Part shown: one piece after another, positions 39,560 through 52,249 of the stretch | How the letters are laid out: each line of letters opens with the position of its first letter | Position numbering within the stretch: position 1 is the first letter of the stretch | DNA from: the human T2T-CHM13v2.0 reference genome, Homo sapiens | Strand: one strand, 5' to 3' | Assembly: GCF_009914755.1 (NCBI RefSeq) | Contig: NC_060937.1 | Length of the DNA stretch: 64,000 nucleotides | Position numbers and translations under genes: made by a program | Notes under the pieces: generated by a model | Told to the model about the DNA's origin: nothing | Database searches by the model: none | What the model saw: only the letters and a program-made list of their open reading frames with translations

Positions 39560-39812
39560 CGGCCATCACTCTTAAGAGCACAGACTTCCTGAGACAGATG
39601 AACTGGGTCTGAGTTCCGACTCTGCCCCAAAATTTGTGGATCTTGGACAAGTTTCTTATCTTGGCAAAACCTCTGTTTTCTCATTTGTAAAGTGAGTATA
39701 ATGGCAGCATCCACCAATAGAGTTTTGTGAGGATTAAATAAGAACCTGCATAGAAGGGGATTTGTTTTGTGTCTGGAACTAATAGTACTCAAGTATTAAC
39801 TGCCACTGTTAT
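39560..39812 (+). mobile_element. MIR
   Basis: TTAAGAGCACAGACTT..CTGGGTCTGAGTTCC..TCTTGGACAAGTTTCTTA..TTTTCTCATTTGTAAAGTG..TTGTGAGGATTAAATAAG. Confidence 0.8.
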
Positions 39813-41134
39813 TCCTGGAGGGCGTGGACTAATTTAGAAGTAGAACTTGAGTGAAGAGGAATTGCCAGCTGCCTTGAAGGCACTCGAAGCACTGAGAAAG
39901 GAAGTTAAAGGATTGTCCGGAGCATGAGAATGAAGGTACAGCTGGTGCAATCCTATAACCTGGCTTTACTCCTAGGAGTATCACTTCATTTATTCATTTG
40001 TCCATCTATCCCTGTATTCATTACTATTTCCTGAGTATCAACCCTATGCCAGCACTGTTCTATGCTGTTGAATCTAGCCACGACATACACGTGAACACAG
40101 GACTGTTGGTGCTTAGTGAACCCTCTTCAGGGACTCTGACCTTGTAAAACTGAACCTGGACGTCACTCTAGGCTGAAGCACCTATTCTGCAATGTCTTCC
40201 TTTCCATCACTGGAAGCTTTACTATCCCAATTCATGACTTCTTGACAGTTAGTAGAAAAAAATTAAGATAAGTCTATTTCTCCCTTTATAAACAAATACC
40301 TATGAAAGTGGATGGTTACAACTATCCAAGAATGTCAAGCTGCTGCTTGGAATTCAAAGACTTTCATTGCTTTTACTGAGAGGTTCTTCAAACCTTAAAA
40401 GCAACCGTGGAAGTAATTGCAAGTGAGTGACCTGCTGTTGATCTCCACGCATTTGCAAAGTCCAGTTAGTTTAAATTCTTCATTACTCAGTACAATTTCA
40501 AGTGGATTTTGCTTTCTGTATACGCAGGTACATTGTTGTTTCTTAGCTGTTGGGACTTACAGAATATAAATGAGCTAACATGACCTACAGCAAAACCTAT
40601 CTCGTGTTACAATTTCTTACACATCTGCACATTTGACTCTGCAATCTTGGTTCAGGAGCTAGGTACTGCTTTCTCTTTTGGTATAAGTATGAGTTGTTTT
40701 ATCAGCGCTACAGGAACCCCTGTATTGTTAATGATATCAACTTTAACTGTACTCACAAAACCCTTCAATTACCATGTTACTTGCTCCTGACAATATACTA
40801 CTGTTACAGCAATTCTGTAGCCAGTAAGCTGGCTGGCAACGTGTAAAGTGGATTATATCTACACCATGGCCCAGCCTTCCTTCCCCATGAGGAAGAGGCT
40901 TAGGAGACTAAGGACACAAAGGAACTTCTTTCAATTCTGCACACACCATTCACTCTGCCCGTGTGGTTCTCCCAGCCTCCTGCCCAGCATTTTGAATCCT
41001 GCTTACTCTCAAAGCACAACTCAAGTCCCATCATTCCATGGATATTTGTGTGCTTCCATCTTTCTACAACACAGTCTGTCTGTTAGATTATCTCTATGCT
41101 GAGAGAGGAAGGTATGGAGGTAGTTGGCTACCAG

Positions 41135-41667
41135 TGTAAAATGAACAAGGACCAAGCAAATGAGAGCAGGCAATGGCTATTTATTCAGAGCTTCCTGTAG
41201 CAAGGGAATCATGACGGTGTTTTGAAAGAGATTCAAAGGCAAGCAGAGGAGTGAGAAAGCTTTAAAGTGGAAAAAGGGAAGAGTCAGGCATGGCCTAATC
41301 AGAGGCTACTGTCATGAGGAAGCTATAGGCAGCTAACCTGGAGCCAGGCATCATCTGTGATTGGTTAGGGAAGCATATTTGTCTTTCTCTTGTTGGACTT
41401 AAGTTGGAAACGGAGAAAAGTAGAGAATTTGTCAGTTATGAATCAAGTCCTGGCTGATTGTTACAGGTGCTATTGTTTGGCTTCCTGAGCTCATTGCTGG
41501 AGACAATGATGTGACTTCCCGTAAGTCTGACTCATAGATAGCAGGTTGCATTCTAGGCTATTGACTAAAAAATGGGTTGGCTTCCTGGGCAGGTTGCTGC
41601 AGATTGTGGGTCAGAGTTCTTTTTTAACCTATAGTCTGGCTAGTGTTCATTTGTCTGTTCACTCTCA
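41135..41667 (-). mobile_element. MER89-like ERV1 solo LTR with 4-bp TSD
   Basis: TG...CA ends; reverse complement begins TGAGAGTGAACAGACAAATGAACACTAGCCAGAC..GAACTCTGACCCACAATCTGCAGCAACC; TSD CCAG at 41131-41134 and 41668-41671. Confidence 0.8.
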
Positions 41668-41789
41668 CCAGTAAGGCAGCTGCCACAATGGCTCATGTGA
41701 GAGTTGCTGAGGTCAGGGAATAAAAAGGAAGGGATGGAAGGACAGGGTTTGGTACAGATGAGATGAGGGAGGATTTTAAAGACCAGAAT

Positions 41790-41972
41790 AGTGGTTACAA
41801 CTCCGCTGCCACCAGACTAGATGTAAATCCCAGCTCTGCCTCTCACCCATTGAACATGAAAATAACAGGACCTATCTCATAGGGTACTATTAGTTATCAA
41901 ATGTAAATTATACTAGTTATTATATATAAAGTGAATAGAACAGCTCCTGACCAAAGTAAATGTAGCTTATTA
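41790..41972 (+). mobile_element. MIR fragment
   Basis: AGTGGTTA..CAGACTAGATGTAAATCCCAGCTCTGCC..ACCTATCTCATAGGGT. Confidence 0.6.
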
Positions 41973-42184
41973 CCCTGGGGCAAGGGTGATGTCATTAGCT
42001 GACAGCGAATCAGGAGGAAAAGCAGGCTTCAAAGCAAACTTTGGGCAAGTTTGATCTCCCATTTGGTTCTCGGGAGTGAAACTGGTTTGTCCCTCTATCT
42101 AGTATATTCCCAAGAGCAGCACAGTGCGTGCACTGCTTCCTGTTTTGGTTAAGCCATCTTGTTTAATTTTTGTATATTTCACAT

Positions 42185-42935
42185 TTATTTACCCATTTAT
42201 TATTGAAAAATAAAAATGTTATATATTTATTGTGTCCAAAATGATGTTTTGAAATATGTATACATTATAGAATGGTTAAATGAAGCTAATTAGCATATGC
42301 ATTACCTCACATACTTATTCTTTCGTGGCGAGAACACTTAAAATCTACTTGCTTATCAAGTTTCAGCTCTACAACACATTGTTAATAAGTATAATCACCA
42401 TGTGATTATAGATCTCTTGAACTCATTCCTCTTGTCTAACTGCAATTTGGTATCCTGTGACCAATGTCTCCCTATTTCCACCCTCTCTCCAGCCCTGGTA
42501 ACCACTATTCTACTCTCTGCTTCTGTAAGTGTGAATTTTCTCATTTTTACATGCAAGTGAGATCATGTAGTATTTATCTTTCTGCGCCTGGCTTATTTCA
42601 GTTAACATAATGTCCTCCAGATTCATCCATGTTGTTGCAAATGACAGGATTTTTAAGGCTAAATAATATTTCTGTATGTATTATATACATACACACATAC
42701 ATTTTGCAATCCATTCATCCCTTGATGGATACTTAGATTGATTCCTTATCTTGCCTACTGTGAATAATGCTACAATACACATGAGAATGTAGGTACCTCT
42801 TTGACATATTAATTTCATATCCTTTGGAGGTATACCCAGTAGTGGGATTGCTGGAGCCTATGTTAGTTCTACTGTCAATTTTTTGAGGAATCTCTATACT
42901 GTTTTTCATAATGGCTGTGCTAATTTATATCTCCT
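42185..42935 (-). mobile_element. L1MA (MA5/6-like) 3' fragment
   Basis: ATGATGTTTTGAAATATGTATACATT..GCTAATTAGCATATGCATTACCTCACATACTTA..GTGAGATCATGTAGTATTT..ATACCCAGTAGTGGGATTGCTGGA. Confidence 0.9.
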
Positions 42936-44499
42936 TTAATTTTTAATGGTTACTTTAGGGTCTGTCCAAGGAGGTAGCAACACTACCCCTCAGTTAAACA
43001 ATTGAATCTAAAAAATGTGATTATCAAAGTAATGATTAAAATGTAAAATGAGCTAAAAAATAAAAAGATTGTCAATTTTAGTCATAAAGATATATGTTTG
43101 TAGTGTTTTACAGCTTACAAATAATTTTCTGTTGAATCAGATTTTTGGATAAATGAAAGTGGTTATTTTTGACAGCTAAGGAATTCAGGGCGTGGATACT
43201 GTAATATAAACTTATTCAACTCCCTCTGATATTTGACTTTCAGTTAATTAATATCCCAGCACTTTAAATTTACACTGGTTTCTCAACTGCCATTTCTAGG
43301 TAAAAACTGATTTTCAAGGTAGAAATTTGATTTTCATGTATTAATCATAAGCATGCACTCATGCTAATGAATTATTTACTACCCTAGAATCTTAGAAAAA
43401 TAACTTGACTAACCTATATTTATTTGTTTTATATACGATCTACTTTAAACTTTTTCATTGATAAAATGAAAAGTAAAGAATTTTTGTAAACACATAGCTT
43501 CTTAAAGTACTATCTTCTATCCTTTGATAATCTTACTGCAACATAAGGAAAAGGAAAGAATGTAGTAAAACCTAAGCAGAATCTTAAAGTTCATATCCCT
43601 TTTTATCCATGTGAATTACAGTCTTTCCTATAAAAGAAATTGAGAAATCTGGTAATGTATTTCATGCACGGATGGATGAACTGTCATCCATAGTACGGAT
43701 AGCCTTGCTCAGGAAATAAACAAACATTTAATGCTCACTGACATGTCATTAGTTTCCCTAACAGCATAAACATACATTAAAGATGTAATGAGCAGGAATT
43801 TCTTCTGCCATCATTATGTAGAACAAGAAAGATGGGCCATTTAAAAAGGACTTTAAATACCTACTGGATAAAGGCCAAAATAAGGCTCTGCTTTTCTCTT
43901 GGGTTTTCTGTTAGGCTAAAAAAATCACATAGCGATTACCATTCAACTTTCTTTACTATTGACAAAAGGGAATCAGGCAAAATTCCAAAAACATGGCATA
44001 TGATCTAATACGTTTGCAGAAAGGCATCATACTCTTTTTGCAGCTCCTGTTCCCATAATCAAAACCATTTAGCAAAGATGCTTTCCCAATTAACAAAAGG
44101 TCCCCCTCACCGCCATCCAATGAGCTTTTCTTTTTTCATTTACAAATGTGACAAAATCTTTATATATTACCCTACATGTTCAGGTATCTTATAATAAAGC
44201 AAATAAATATTGGCTGAAGCACCAGCTGAATAAACAAGGCTTCCTGAATTCGGCTGCTTCTTTTGTGGCTGTCAGTGAAATTAGTTAATCTCTACATGGA
44301 TTCCAATTTCTAACCACATATCTTAAGGGTTCCTTTACTTAGCTTAGCAATAAGAAAAACACTACTTGCAATGGAGTCGCCAGCTCTGAATAAAAGTAAT
44401 AGCTCAGCTTTGTCACCCTCTGGCATATGATCTAATACATTTTCAGAAATGTATCATACTCTTTCATTTCTCAAAAATTTGCATTTTTTTCCTCTTAAG

Positions 44500-44965
44500 T
44501 TCAAAGGACAATTTATTTTAGTCATATTCACTCATGTCTTTGATTACAGCCCCACTGATGTTTGCAGTTTTCAAGGACTCTCAACGCTTTCTTTTCCATG
44601 TGTTTCTTGTTCATTGGATATCAATATACACACATCATTCATCATTTATTTTCTACAAGTGCTACATTCTCTCCATTCAGTAGCCTTCCCAAATGGCCAT
44701 GGAGACATTCTCCCTTGCCTTATACATCATTTATTATTGACTTTATTCCTTTCACTTAACTTGAGACTTGATTTTTCATGTCTATTCATTTCGCCTATTG
44801 TTGAGCCTTTCTGGTTCACATGTGTTCGGCCTTCAATGCAATTATTTGCAAAAACTACTTTGGTTAACTCTCTTTCCACTTCCAGTGGGAATTTTTCTTC
44901 CCAAACAGCTCAAATTTGTTTCAGGGTATTTTTTTATATTACAGCTTTTTTAAAAGACCATTTGG
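44500..44965 (-). pseudogene. Putative fossil non-LTR retrotransposon reverse-transcriptase fragment
   Basis: One minus frame has RT-like motifs in order: FKKA, I*AVW, LSERNKV..CIRQGRMSPWPF, MMNDVCIL, SVGL; multiple stops. Recognised by eye only. Confidence 0.35.
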
Positions 44966-45149
44966 GGAATGTGTTTTGGATAAATCAGGCTGAAGTGTAT
45001 TGAAGTTCTTTGAAGTTGGATGGCCCCTGGCTGGGTGGATTGAACTCTGGTACAGTATATTTAACAGGATCTCAGAAGAGATAAATACCAATATCAAACA
45101 AGGACTGCAGTCAGTTCAGTCAGGATCTCTCGCTAACAAACTCCAGTAT

Positions 45150-46032
45150 TCTTAGCCTAGAGAAAAAATCATAGAAGGCAGAACTTTCAAATTGTGACTC
45201 CAAAATGTTAGGAAAGGAGTCAAAAGAAATTTATACTACTCTATATCAAAGCAAAATAATGTGTATACAATGTCTGCCCACAGTAAGTACTGGCAAATTG
45301 AAAAAGAACACTCAGGAAAATAAGAAAAAAAGGACAAAATGCAAAAACAAGATAAGCCCAATCTGGAAGAAAATATAACTAAAGTATAAACTAGTTCTGT
45401 GACTGCTCTCCACTATATGAAAATTTAATGATATATGAATGCAATAAAACAACAGTTTGAAACCAAAATTATAAAATAAGGGAGAGAGACAGGAAGAGAT
45501 TCCCCTGAAACAAAATCATTGTCAATATAATTAGAAAACACAAGGAACAGAATACACAGGAATGAAAATAAAATTACTAGCTTGAGATAATAATACTACA
45601 GGAAAAAAATATGGAGGATTAAAGCAATGAAAGAGAAAGCACTAGCTATAAAAGACCGAGATCATTAAATGTAAGGATGATAAGTATCTTTAGTACAAAA
45701 CTCATACAAAAGAACAGGAAAAGTATCAAGAACTGTAGTTCAGAAAATCTTCCTTAAGATGAAAATGTTGATTTGAGTGTGTAAAATGCAATAAATTTGA
45801 ATGTTGAAAGTTAAAAATAATACTGAGTGGTGATGAACAAATAATGTCCTGGTTAAGCATAAAGGAAGAATTCTTCAAACAGCCAAGTACAAACGTCTTA
45901 TCAACCATAAGGGGAAAATCAGGCTTAACTTGGACTTAATAACAATCAATGCCAGATGGAAAACAGAATGGAAAAATACCTCAGAGTTCTGAGGGAAAGA
46001 AAGTGTGATCCTAGAATATTATGTTCAGCTGG
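45150..46032 (+). mobile_element. HAL1 (half-L1), first part
   Basis: A-rich ORF1-like sequence ending GGGGAAAATCAGGCT..CAATGCCAGA..AGTTCTGAGGGAAAGAAAGTGTGATCCTAGAATATTATGTTCAGC; continues at ~47815. Confidence 0.7.
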
Positions 46033-46039
46033 GTAGCTC

Positions 46040-47812
46040 TTTTTTTTAATCACTGTTTTTCATAAATTTAATTATGATGTGTCTTGGTATGATTTTCTTT
46101 ATGTTTCTTCTCCTTGGGGATTATTGAGTTTCTTTGATATAAATGCTTATAGTGTTCATTAAATTTGGAAGATTTTCAGCCATTATGTTTTCAAGTTTTT
46201 TAAAAAATGCCCACCTTTCCCCCAGTTTCCCCTTCTCACACTCATATTATACAGGTATTAGAACATTTTATATTGTCCCATGGGTCATTATTCACTTTTC
46301 CAGTATTTTTTCTCTCTGCTCTTTACTTTGGATAGTTTGTATTGCTATACCTGCTGATCTCTTCTGCGGTATCTAATCTGCTGCTAATTAGTGCTACTAC
46401 ACTGATTCCATCTAGTTTATTTTTCATTTTTTGTACTGTATTTTTCATCTCTAGAAGTTCCATTTGGTTCTTTTTTATATTTTTCATTTTTTTCCTCACC
46501 ATGTTCATGTTTTCTTTTATATCCTTGAGAATCCTTATAAGATTTTAAATGAATGTTTTAATTCTTTGCTAATTCCATTATCTCTGTCATTTCTGAATCT
46601 ATTTATATTGATTGATTTTTCTCCTAAGTATCTAGTATATTTTCCTGCCTCTTTGCATATGCAATATTTTTTTTCTTAGATGCCAAGTATTGTGGGTTTT
46701 ATGTTGCTAGGTGGTGGATTTAGTTATATTCCTCTAATGAGTACTGTAATTTACTCTGGCATGCAGTCAAGCTACTTTGAGTCAATTTGATTTTCTTGAG
46801 GCTTGCTTTTAACCTTTGGCCAGAGTGGGTCTAAAGCAATCTTTGTTTTACAGCTAATTTAGCCCATTCTAAGGCAAGACTCCTCTGAGGGCTCTTACCA
46901 ATGATCCGTGTATCATGATAAGGCCTCTCCATCCTGGCAGATGGGAATATGAACTACTCCAAGCCTTGTGAGTACTCCAGTAATTGTTCAGGCTACTTCT
47001 TTTCAGTAGCTCTTTATTCAGTCTCATGGAGTTTCACTTACAAGGACTCAGTGGGACTGAAGGGGACTCCCTTGTAGATCTCCAGGGATGTCCCTCTACA
47101 CAGGTTCTTCTCCTCCTATACTGTGTCTGTTACATTCTGGCAGCCTTGACATTCCAAACACTGATCTCCATCTCCTCAAGTCAGTGATATTGCCAGGCTC
47201 TGTTTGTGTACCCTGATATAGTTTGGCTCTGTGTCCCCACCCAAATCTCACCTTGAATTGTAATAATCCCCATGTGTCAGGGTGGGACCAGGTAGAGGTA
47301 ACTGAATCATAGGGTGGTTCCTCCATGCTGTTCTTGTCTTAAGGAGTGAGTCTCACAAGATCTGATGGTTTTATAAGCATCTGGCATTTCCCCTGCTTAC
47401 ACTCACTCTGTTCTGCCACCCTGTGAGGAAGGTGCCTGCTTCTCCTTTGCCTTCCTCCATGATTGCAAGTTTCCTGAGTCCTCCCCAGCCATGTGGAATT
47501 GTGAGTCAATTAAACCTCTTTCCTTTATAAATTACCCAGTCTTTGGTATTTCTTCATAGCAGTGTAAGAACTAACTAATACATATATCAACCCCTATTCT
47601 GTGCTATGTCCTTGAAACTGTCTCCAGGTGAGGCAATCACAGGCTCACCTTATTTTTTATTTTCTTTCAGGGATTATAGTTTTATCCTGACTGAGCTGTT
47701 GTTCAATGTCTGAGAATAATTGTTTCATATAATTTGTTCAGTGTTCTAGCTTTTTCATGAAAGGAGGCCAATTTCTGCAGAAGTTAATCCTTTATTGGTG
47801 GATGTGGTACCT
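46040..47812 (-). mobile_element. Old L1M ORF1/5' region inserted in HAL1
   Basis: Minus ORF 46323-46508 (KNIKKNQMELLEMKNTVQKMKNKLDG..SRLDTAEE) is an L1 ORF1p coiled coil; ATTATGATGTGTCTTGGT, TCATTAAATTTGGAAGATTTTCAGCCATTAT. Confidence 0.85.
47214..47582 (+). mobile_element. THE1 (C/D-like) MaLR solo LTR
   Basis: TGATATAGTTTGGCTCTGTGTCCCCACCCAAATCTCA..GTGAGTCAATTAAACCTCTTTCCTTTATAAATTACCCAGTCT..ACTAATACA. Confidence 0.95.
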
Positions 47813-47814
47813 GT

Positions 47815-48350
47815 TAGGTTGTTTTCAAGAATAAAAGGATATAGAGGACAGTTTCAAATATGAAAGAACTTGGGGGCTTTAGTACTCATAGCCTTTTTTG
47901 AAAAAATCAACACAATTACAAAATGTAATCAATTGAGATCAATATAAAGAACTCAGAATAAAGAAACTGTGGTAACATCCTTGGGATGGAGCACTACATT
48001 TATACATAAAACTAAAATTGAACAATTGTAGAACTCATGGCTACTTTAGTGTTATAGACCTTGACAAAGCAAAAGTAAAAATGTTAGGCAGAAAAGGAAG
48101 TGGAAAGAATTATAAGAGTAAATATTTTCATCATTTTTAGGGAGGAGTCAGTTGAAACTTTCTAAAATTGAGAATATAATTTAAAAAATATAATAACTCC
48201 AACCTCAAATGTTCCAATCATTGTTTTGTAAACACTATAGGACCCTTATAAAAACTAATATCTTATGGTAAGAAAACTTTAATTTATATGCAGTTTTACC
48301 TAGTTTTTAAATATTAAATTAAAATAACATTAATTTATTTTCTAAAATGG
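47815..48350 (+). mobile_element. HAL1, second part
   Basis: TTGTTTTCAAGAATAAAAGG..ATGAAAGAACTTGGGGG..AGTACTCATAGCCTTTTTTGAAAAAA continues the HAL1 interrupted at 46032. Confidence 0.6.
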
Positions 48351-48539
48351 CTTTCTGTCATTCTCTTACTGTAAAATTATTTCCATCTATCCATTTTCTC
48401 CATCTTCCTATCATCCATGTGTCTATATTAATGTATGCAAAGAAAGATGTCTGCAATGGTGTACATCATGTTATCACACTAATTATATCTTGGTGCTGAG
48501 ATTGTATAATTTGTTGCTTTTTCCATTTTCTTTCCTGAG

Positions 48540-48735
48540 TCCATTCATTTTGTCATTTATTCAGTAAATATTTAGTGAATTTATACTATATGCCAAACAT
48601 TGTTCTACATTACAAAGATACAATAGTAAACCAAACAAAAGAAGTCTATGTCCTCATAGGGTTTATTTTCCACTGTTGGGAGATAGAAAATTTCACAATA
48701 AATATAATATTCAATGTAGTGAAAAGTTACATGAA
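48540..48735 (-). mobile_element. L2 3' end
   Basis: CATTTATTCAGTAAATATTTAGTGAATTTATACTATATGCCAAACATTGTTCTA..GATACAATAGTAAACCAAACA..TGTCCTCATAGGGTTTATTTTC. Confidence 0.8.
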
Positions 48736-48757
48736 GGGAGGCAGAGTGAGGATACTG

Positions 48758-49245
48758 TGTGAGGTTTAGGTTGAGGTTAATATTTTTTGCCTGTGAGTAT
48801 CCAGCTGTTCCAATACCATTTGTTGAAAAGACTATTCTTTCTCAGCTGAGATTTTTTGCACCAATATAAAAAAAAATCAGTTGGTTGTGCTTCCAGGGGT
48901 CTATTTATGAACTCTTCAGTCTGTTCCATTGATCCATCTATCTATTCATCTGCCAGTCCCATACTGTCTTGGTTACTGTAGTTATATAGTAAACTTTTAA
49001 ATCAGATAGTGTTATTTCTGTAATTTTATTCTTCTTTGTCAAAATTGTTCAGCTATTCTAGTTTCTTTGCTTCACCATACATTTTTTTAACTCAGCATGT
49101 CTATATCTACAAAGAATCCTCCTGAAATTTTGCTAGGATTTGCATAAAATCTATAGATCATTTGGGAACAATTGGCATCTTTATTATATTGAGTTCCATA
49201 TTTCAATCCATGTACGCAGACGTCTCCAATTTTTTTAGATCTTCT
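48758..49245 (-). mobile_element. L1M ORF2 fragment
   Basis: TATCCAGCTGTTCCAATACCATTTGTTGAAAAGACTAT..TCTGTTCCATTGATC..AATCTATAGATCATTTGGG. Confidence 0.85.
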
Positions 49246-49429
49246 CACTCAAATTTTAAATATTAAGCGTGTATCATTTTAATAACACTAAGTCATTATT
49301 CTTTAAAGACACAAAAGATCTTAAGCACTGGTATAATTTGGCACTACCAATGTCTCTAATCTTTTAAAAAATATTTTCATTTATTAATTAATATAGGGAC
49401 TTAGTACTGAGCTTGCTGACTATTTCTCA

Positions 49430-49612
49430 ATAGTTCACAAATTTTTCAAGAGTTAGAGATCATCTCAGAGGCTTATTAAAATGTATATTCCTAGGCCTGC
49501 CCCAGGGATTCTGGTTCATTAAATCTTGGGTGGGGCCCAGAAACCTGAGTTTCTAGCAGGCACATCATGGGATGATGAAATAGGGGTCGCTGCCACATTT
49601 GGAGAAACACTG
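49430..49612. mobile_element. MER5A-like element
   Basis: ATCATCTCAGAGGCTTATTAAAATGTATATTCCTAGGCC..GATTCTGGTTCATTAAATCTTGGGTGGGGCCCAG..CACATTTGGAGAAACACTG. Confidence 0.75.
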
Positions 49613-50284
49613 ACTTAGTTCTTTGTTTTCTTGTGTATTTTCTTCTGCCGTCTGTCTTTTTGTCAATAGTGGATGCGAGGAGAATGAATTGGATATCAAA
49701 GTCATACAAATATGTTTTGCAGCTTGAGTAAAAGCCCTAACAAAGATGTAATGGAAGAGGTTGATGCTGTTGTCTTATATAAATCTCTTGGGCTGCTTGA
49801 CTTCTGCATTTCCAGTCTATCCAGCTTCAGAGTTCCATGAGAAATGAGCAGCTTGTCATACACAGGAAGTCCCACTGGGGCACATTAGAATTTAGTGAAT
49901 GTGCACAGTTTATCAGGTTTTTAATATGATGTGCTCATCTAGGCTTGACTTCAATAGCAGGAGTTTCTGATACAGTCCAATGGTCAATTGAATAGAAAAT
50001 GTAAGCTTCATGAAAGTGATGCATACGACCTGATTCTATGTGTGTATGTGATTCATAAGAATAACATTCAACTTCATCCAGAGTCCTTTGCCTTCGATAG
50101 GAAGGGTAGAAAATGGCCTATAATCTGGATAAAAGGAGCTATGGACTCGTGAAATACAAATTACTAACATTTTATTCTTCCATATCAGTCAGCAAAAGCT
50201 CAGTGCAAATACCTTTCTGTTTCAGTTAGAAGAGGCAGCCTGCTTAGACAGAAACCAAGGGTTGAGACTCTGTGACAGTGTGAC

Positions 50285-50480
50285 AAAGTAGCACAGGCTG
50301 TAAACACAGCAGACCAGGGGTTGAAACTTACTGAAGCCTCATATTAGTTGTGGCTTTTTGGGCCAGTAACTTCACCTTACTGTGCATCCATTTACTTATT
50401 TGGAAAATGAGGATGTGAAAATATTTATCTTCAGGATTTTTCTGAATATTAAAGGAGCTGGTGTGTCAGAGTAAGCAACC
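50285..50480 (+). mobile_element. MIR fragment
   Basis: GCAGACCAGGGGTTGAAA..TTGGGCCAGTAACTTCACCTTACTGTGCATCCATTTACTTATTTGGAAAATGAGGAT. Confidence 0.6.
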
Positions 50481-52183
50481 AAAGATATTTGTTTTTAAAA
50501 AGTGGATTCCAATCTTTATTTCTAGAAAGCATCTATCTGGTGCAGCTTATAATTATTGCATCTTCTTCTGACTGGCAGCCTGGGTTGGTGGGTACTACAT
50601 ACTTGCTACAAGAATGATGTAAAGCCCTAGCAGAGGAGTTAGAATTTAGAGGGTGCACATTATTTGTGCAGGAAAACTATTTCCCAGGGAGCAACAAGCC
50701 AGGCAATAGCTGGCTGATGCCACAGCTTCCCTGGAAAATGAGAAAAGTACAAAGGGCGGTCTTTTGCATCAGTCTTCTGGCAGGAGGGCCTCACCAGGGA
50801 TCCCACAGACATGGAGAATCAAGCTGATTAAGGCCCAGTAAAATTCTAGGACACCCAACTTTCTTCCAATTGCCTTACTGGCCCATGCATGATGAATCAG
50901 TCCACCTGATGATAATGTCTTACTTCTTGAATTGCAAAATATGCTGAAATAAAGAAAAAGAACAAAAGCAGACAGCTACTCTCAGGCTCTTCAACCTGCA
51001 GCAGATTTTATGGCTTTCCAAATAATTTTAAAATGTTAATTGACTAATTGCTCTTATTTATCATCTTTTCAAGCAGTCTTGAAGTCAATTGCAAAGGTGT
51101 ACTCCTTTGACCTAATATAGGAAGACACAGAAATAGCACGATCATTGTCAGTTTGTGGCAGACAATGTGTTTTGCTTCCCAGCTCTTTCTGGTAAGCACT
51201 GAAGAATCCACTTCCCATGAGAAGAGACAATCTCTACCCACATATTTGAACAATAAGAAGATTGCATTTAGACCATTTGATAACGGGGCTTTCAGCACAC
51301 ACACACACTCCCACTTGCCACTCTGGAGAGACTCATAACTCATTGGGATTATTTGTTCTTGGAGGAAACCAAGCACAGAGAGGCAGGAGACAGATCACAG
51401 AGACTTAGATAAATATGCCTAATTATAGACTGAGCTATTAGCGTGACATGAATTGCTGCTTCTGAAAATGATCTGACAGCCAGCGAAAGCTCCTGTGTCG
51501 CTGGCCTAGGCTGTCTGTTAGCAAACAGGGATCTGCAGGAGCAGCCCTTACCTCCATTCTCTCAGCTAGCTCTGTGGCTCCATGCTTCACTGGCTTTTCC
51601 CTTTGCTTTGCTTGTGAAAATGAGCTCCATCTTTCAAATTGCTTCTGTTTTTCATGGGTTGAACATAGCTGCTGGAACCTTCATGCTTTCTTGGGTATTG
51701 CTGATGCTTCTTAACTTAATAAACTTTAACTTAACAACAGTTAAAACCCAGATTGACACATGCTGAAGGAAGAGCCCCATATATCTAAAGCACTCAGCTC
51801 CATCCCAAACTGAGAGCTTACAAACCTGCTCTGCAGCCTCTCCTGCTGCAAGGAAACCTCTTTGTTCTTAATTTGTTTGATCAATGTAATTTATTTAGAT
51901 CAAATCTAACACTTGTTCCTTTCAAAATTCTCTGTGTATAATGAATAGTAGGTGAACATTTATTTGCCTTATTTTATAGCATTGGGCCATTTATGAGCTT
52001 CCCCCCTCTGCTTGCAAAGCACCAATCTTGTCCAGAAAAAAAGACAAAGGATTTTGGAGCTTGGCTATGGATGTAGTGTGTATGGTGAATGTGCATGGCA
52101 CACAGAAATTTTCATCAACGTGAAATGGGTGCTCAGCCTCTGGCTGCGTTTATTTGGGAAAGAGGCTCTTTTGAAGTATTTAG

Positions 52184-52249
52184 CACTTCAGCCTGGGTGA
52201 CAGAGTGAGACCTTGTCTCAAATAAATAATAAATAAATAAATAATTCTT
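52184..52249 (+). mobile_element. Extremely 5'-truncated Alu with 17-bp TSD
   Basis: CACTTCAGCCTGGGTGACAGAGTGAGACCTTGTCTC plus (TAAA)n; TCTTTTGAAGTATTTAG at 52167-52183 and 52250-52266. Confidence 0.92.

Noticed and set aside
44449-45003. Longest ORF (184 aa, plus strand)
   Set aside because: F/L/S-rich with no recognisable domain; reflects T-rich composition and lies antisense to the putative RT fossil.
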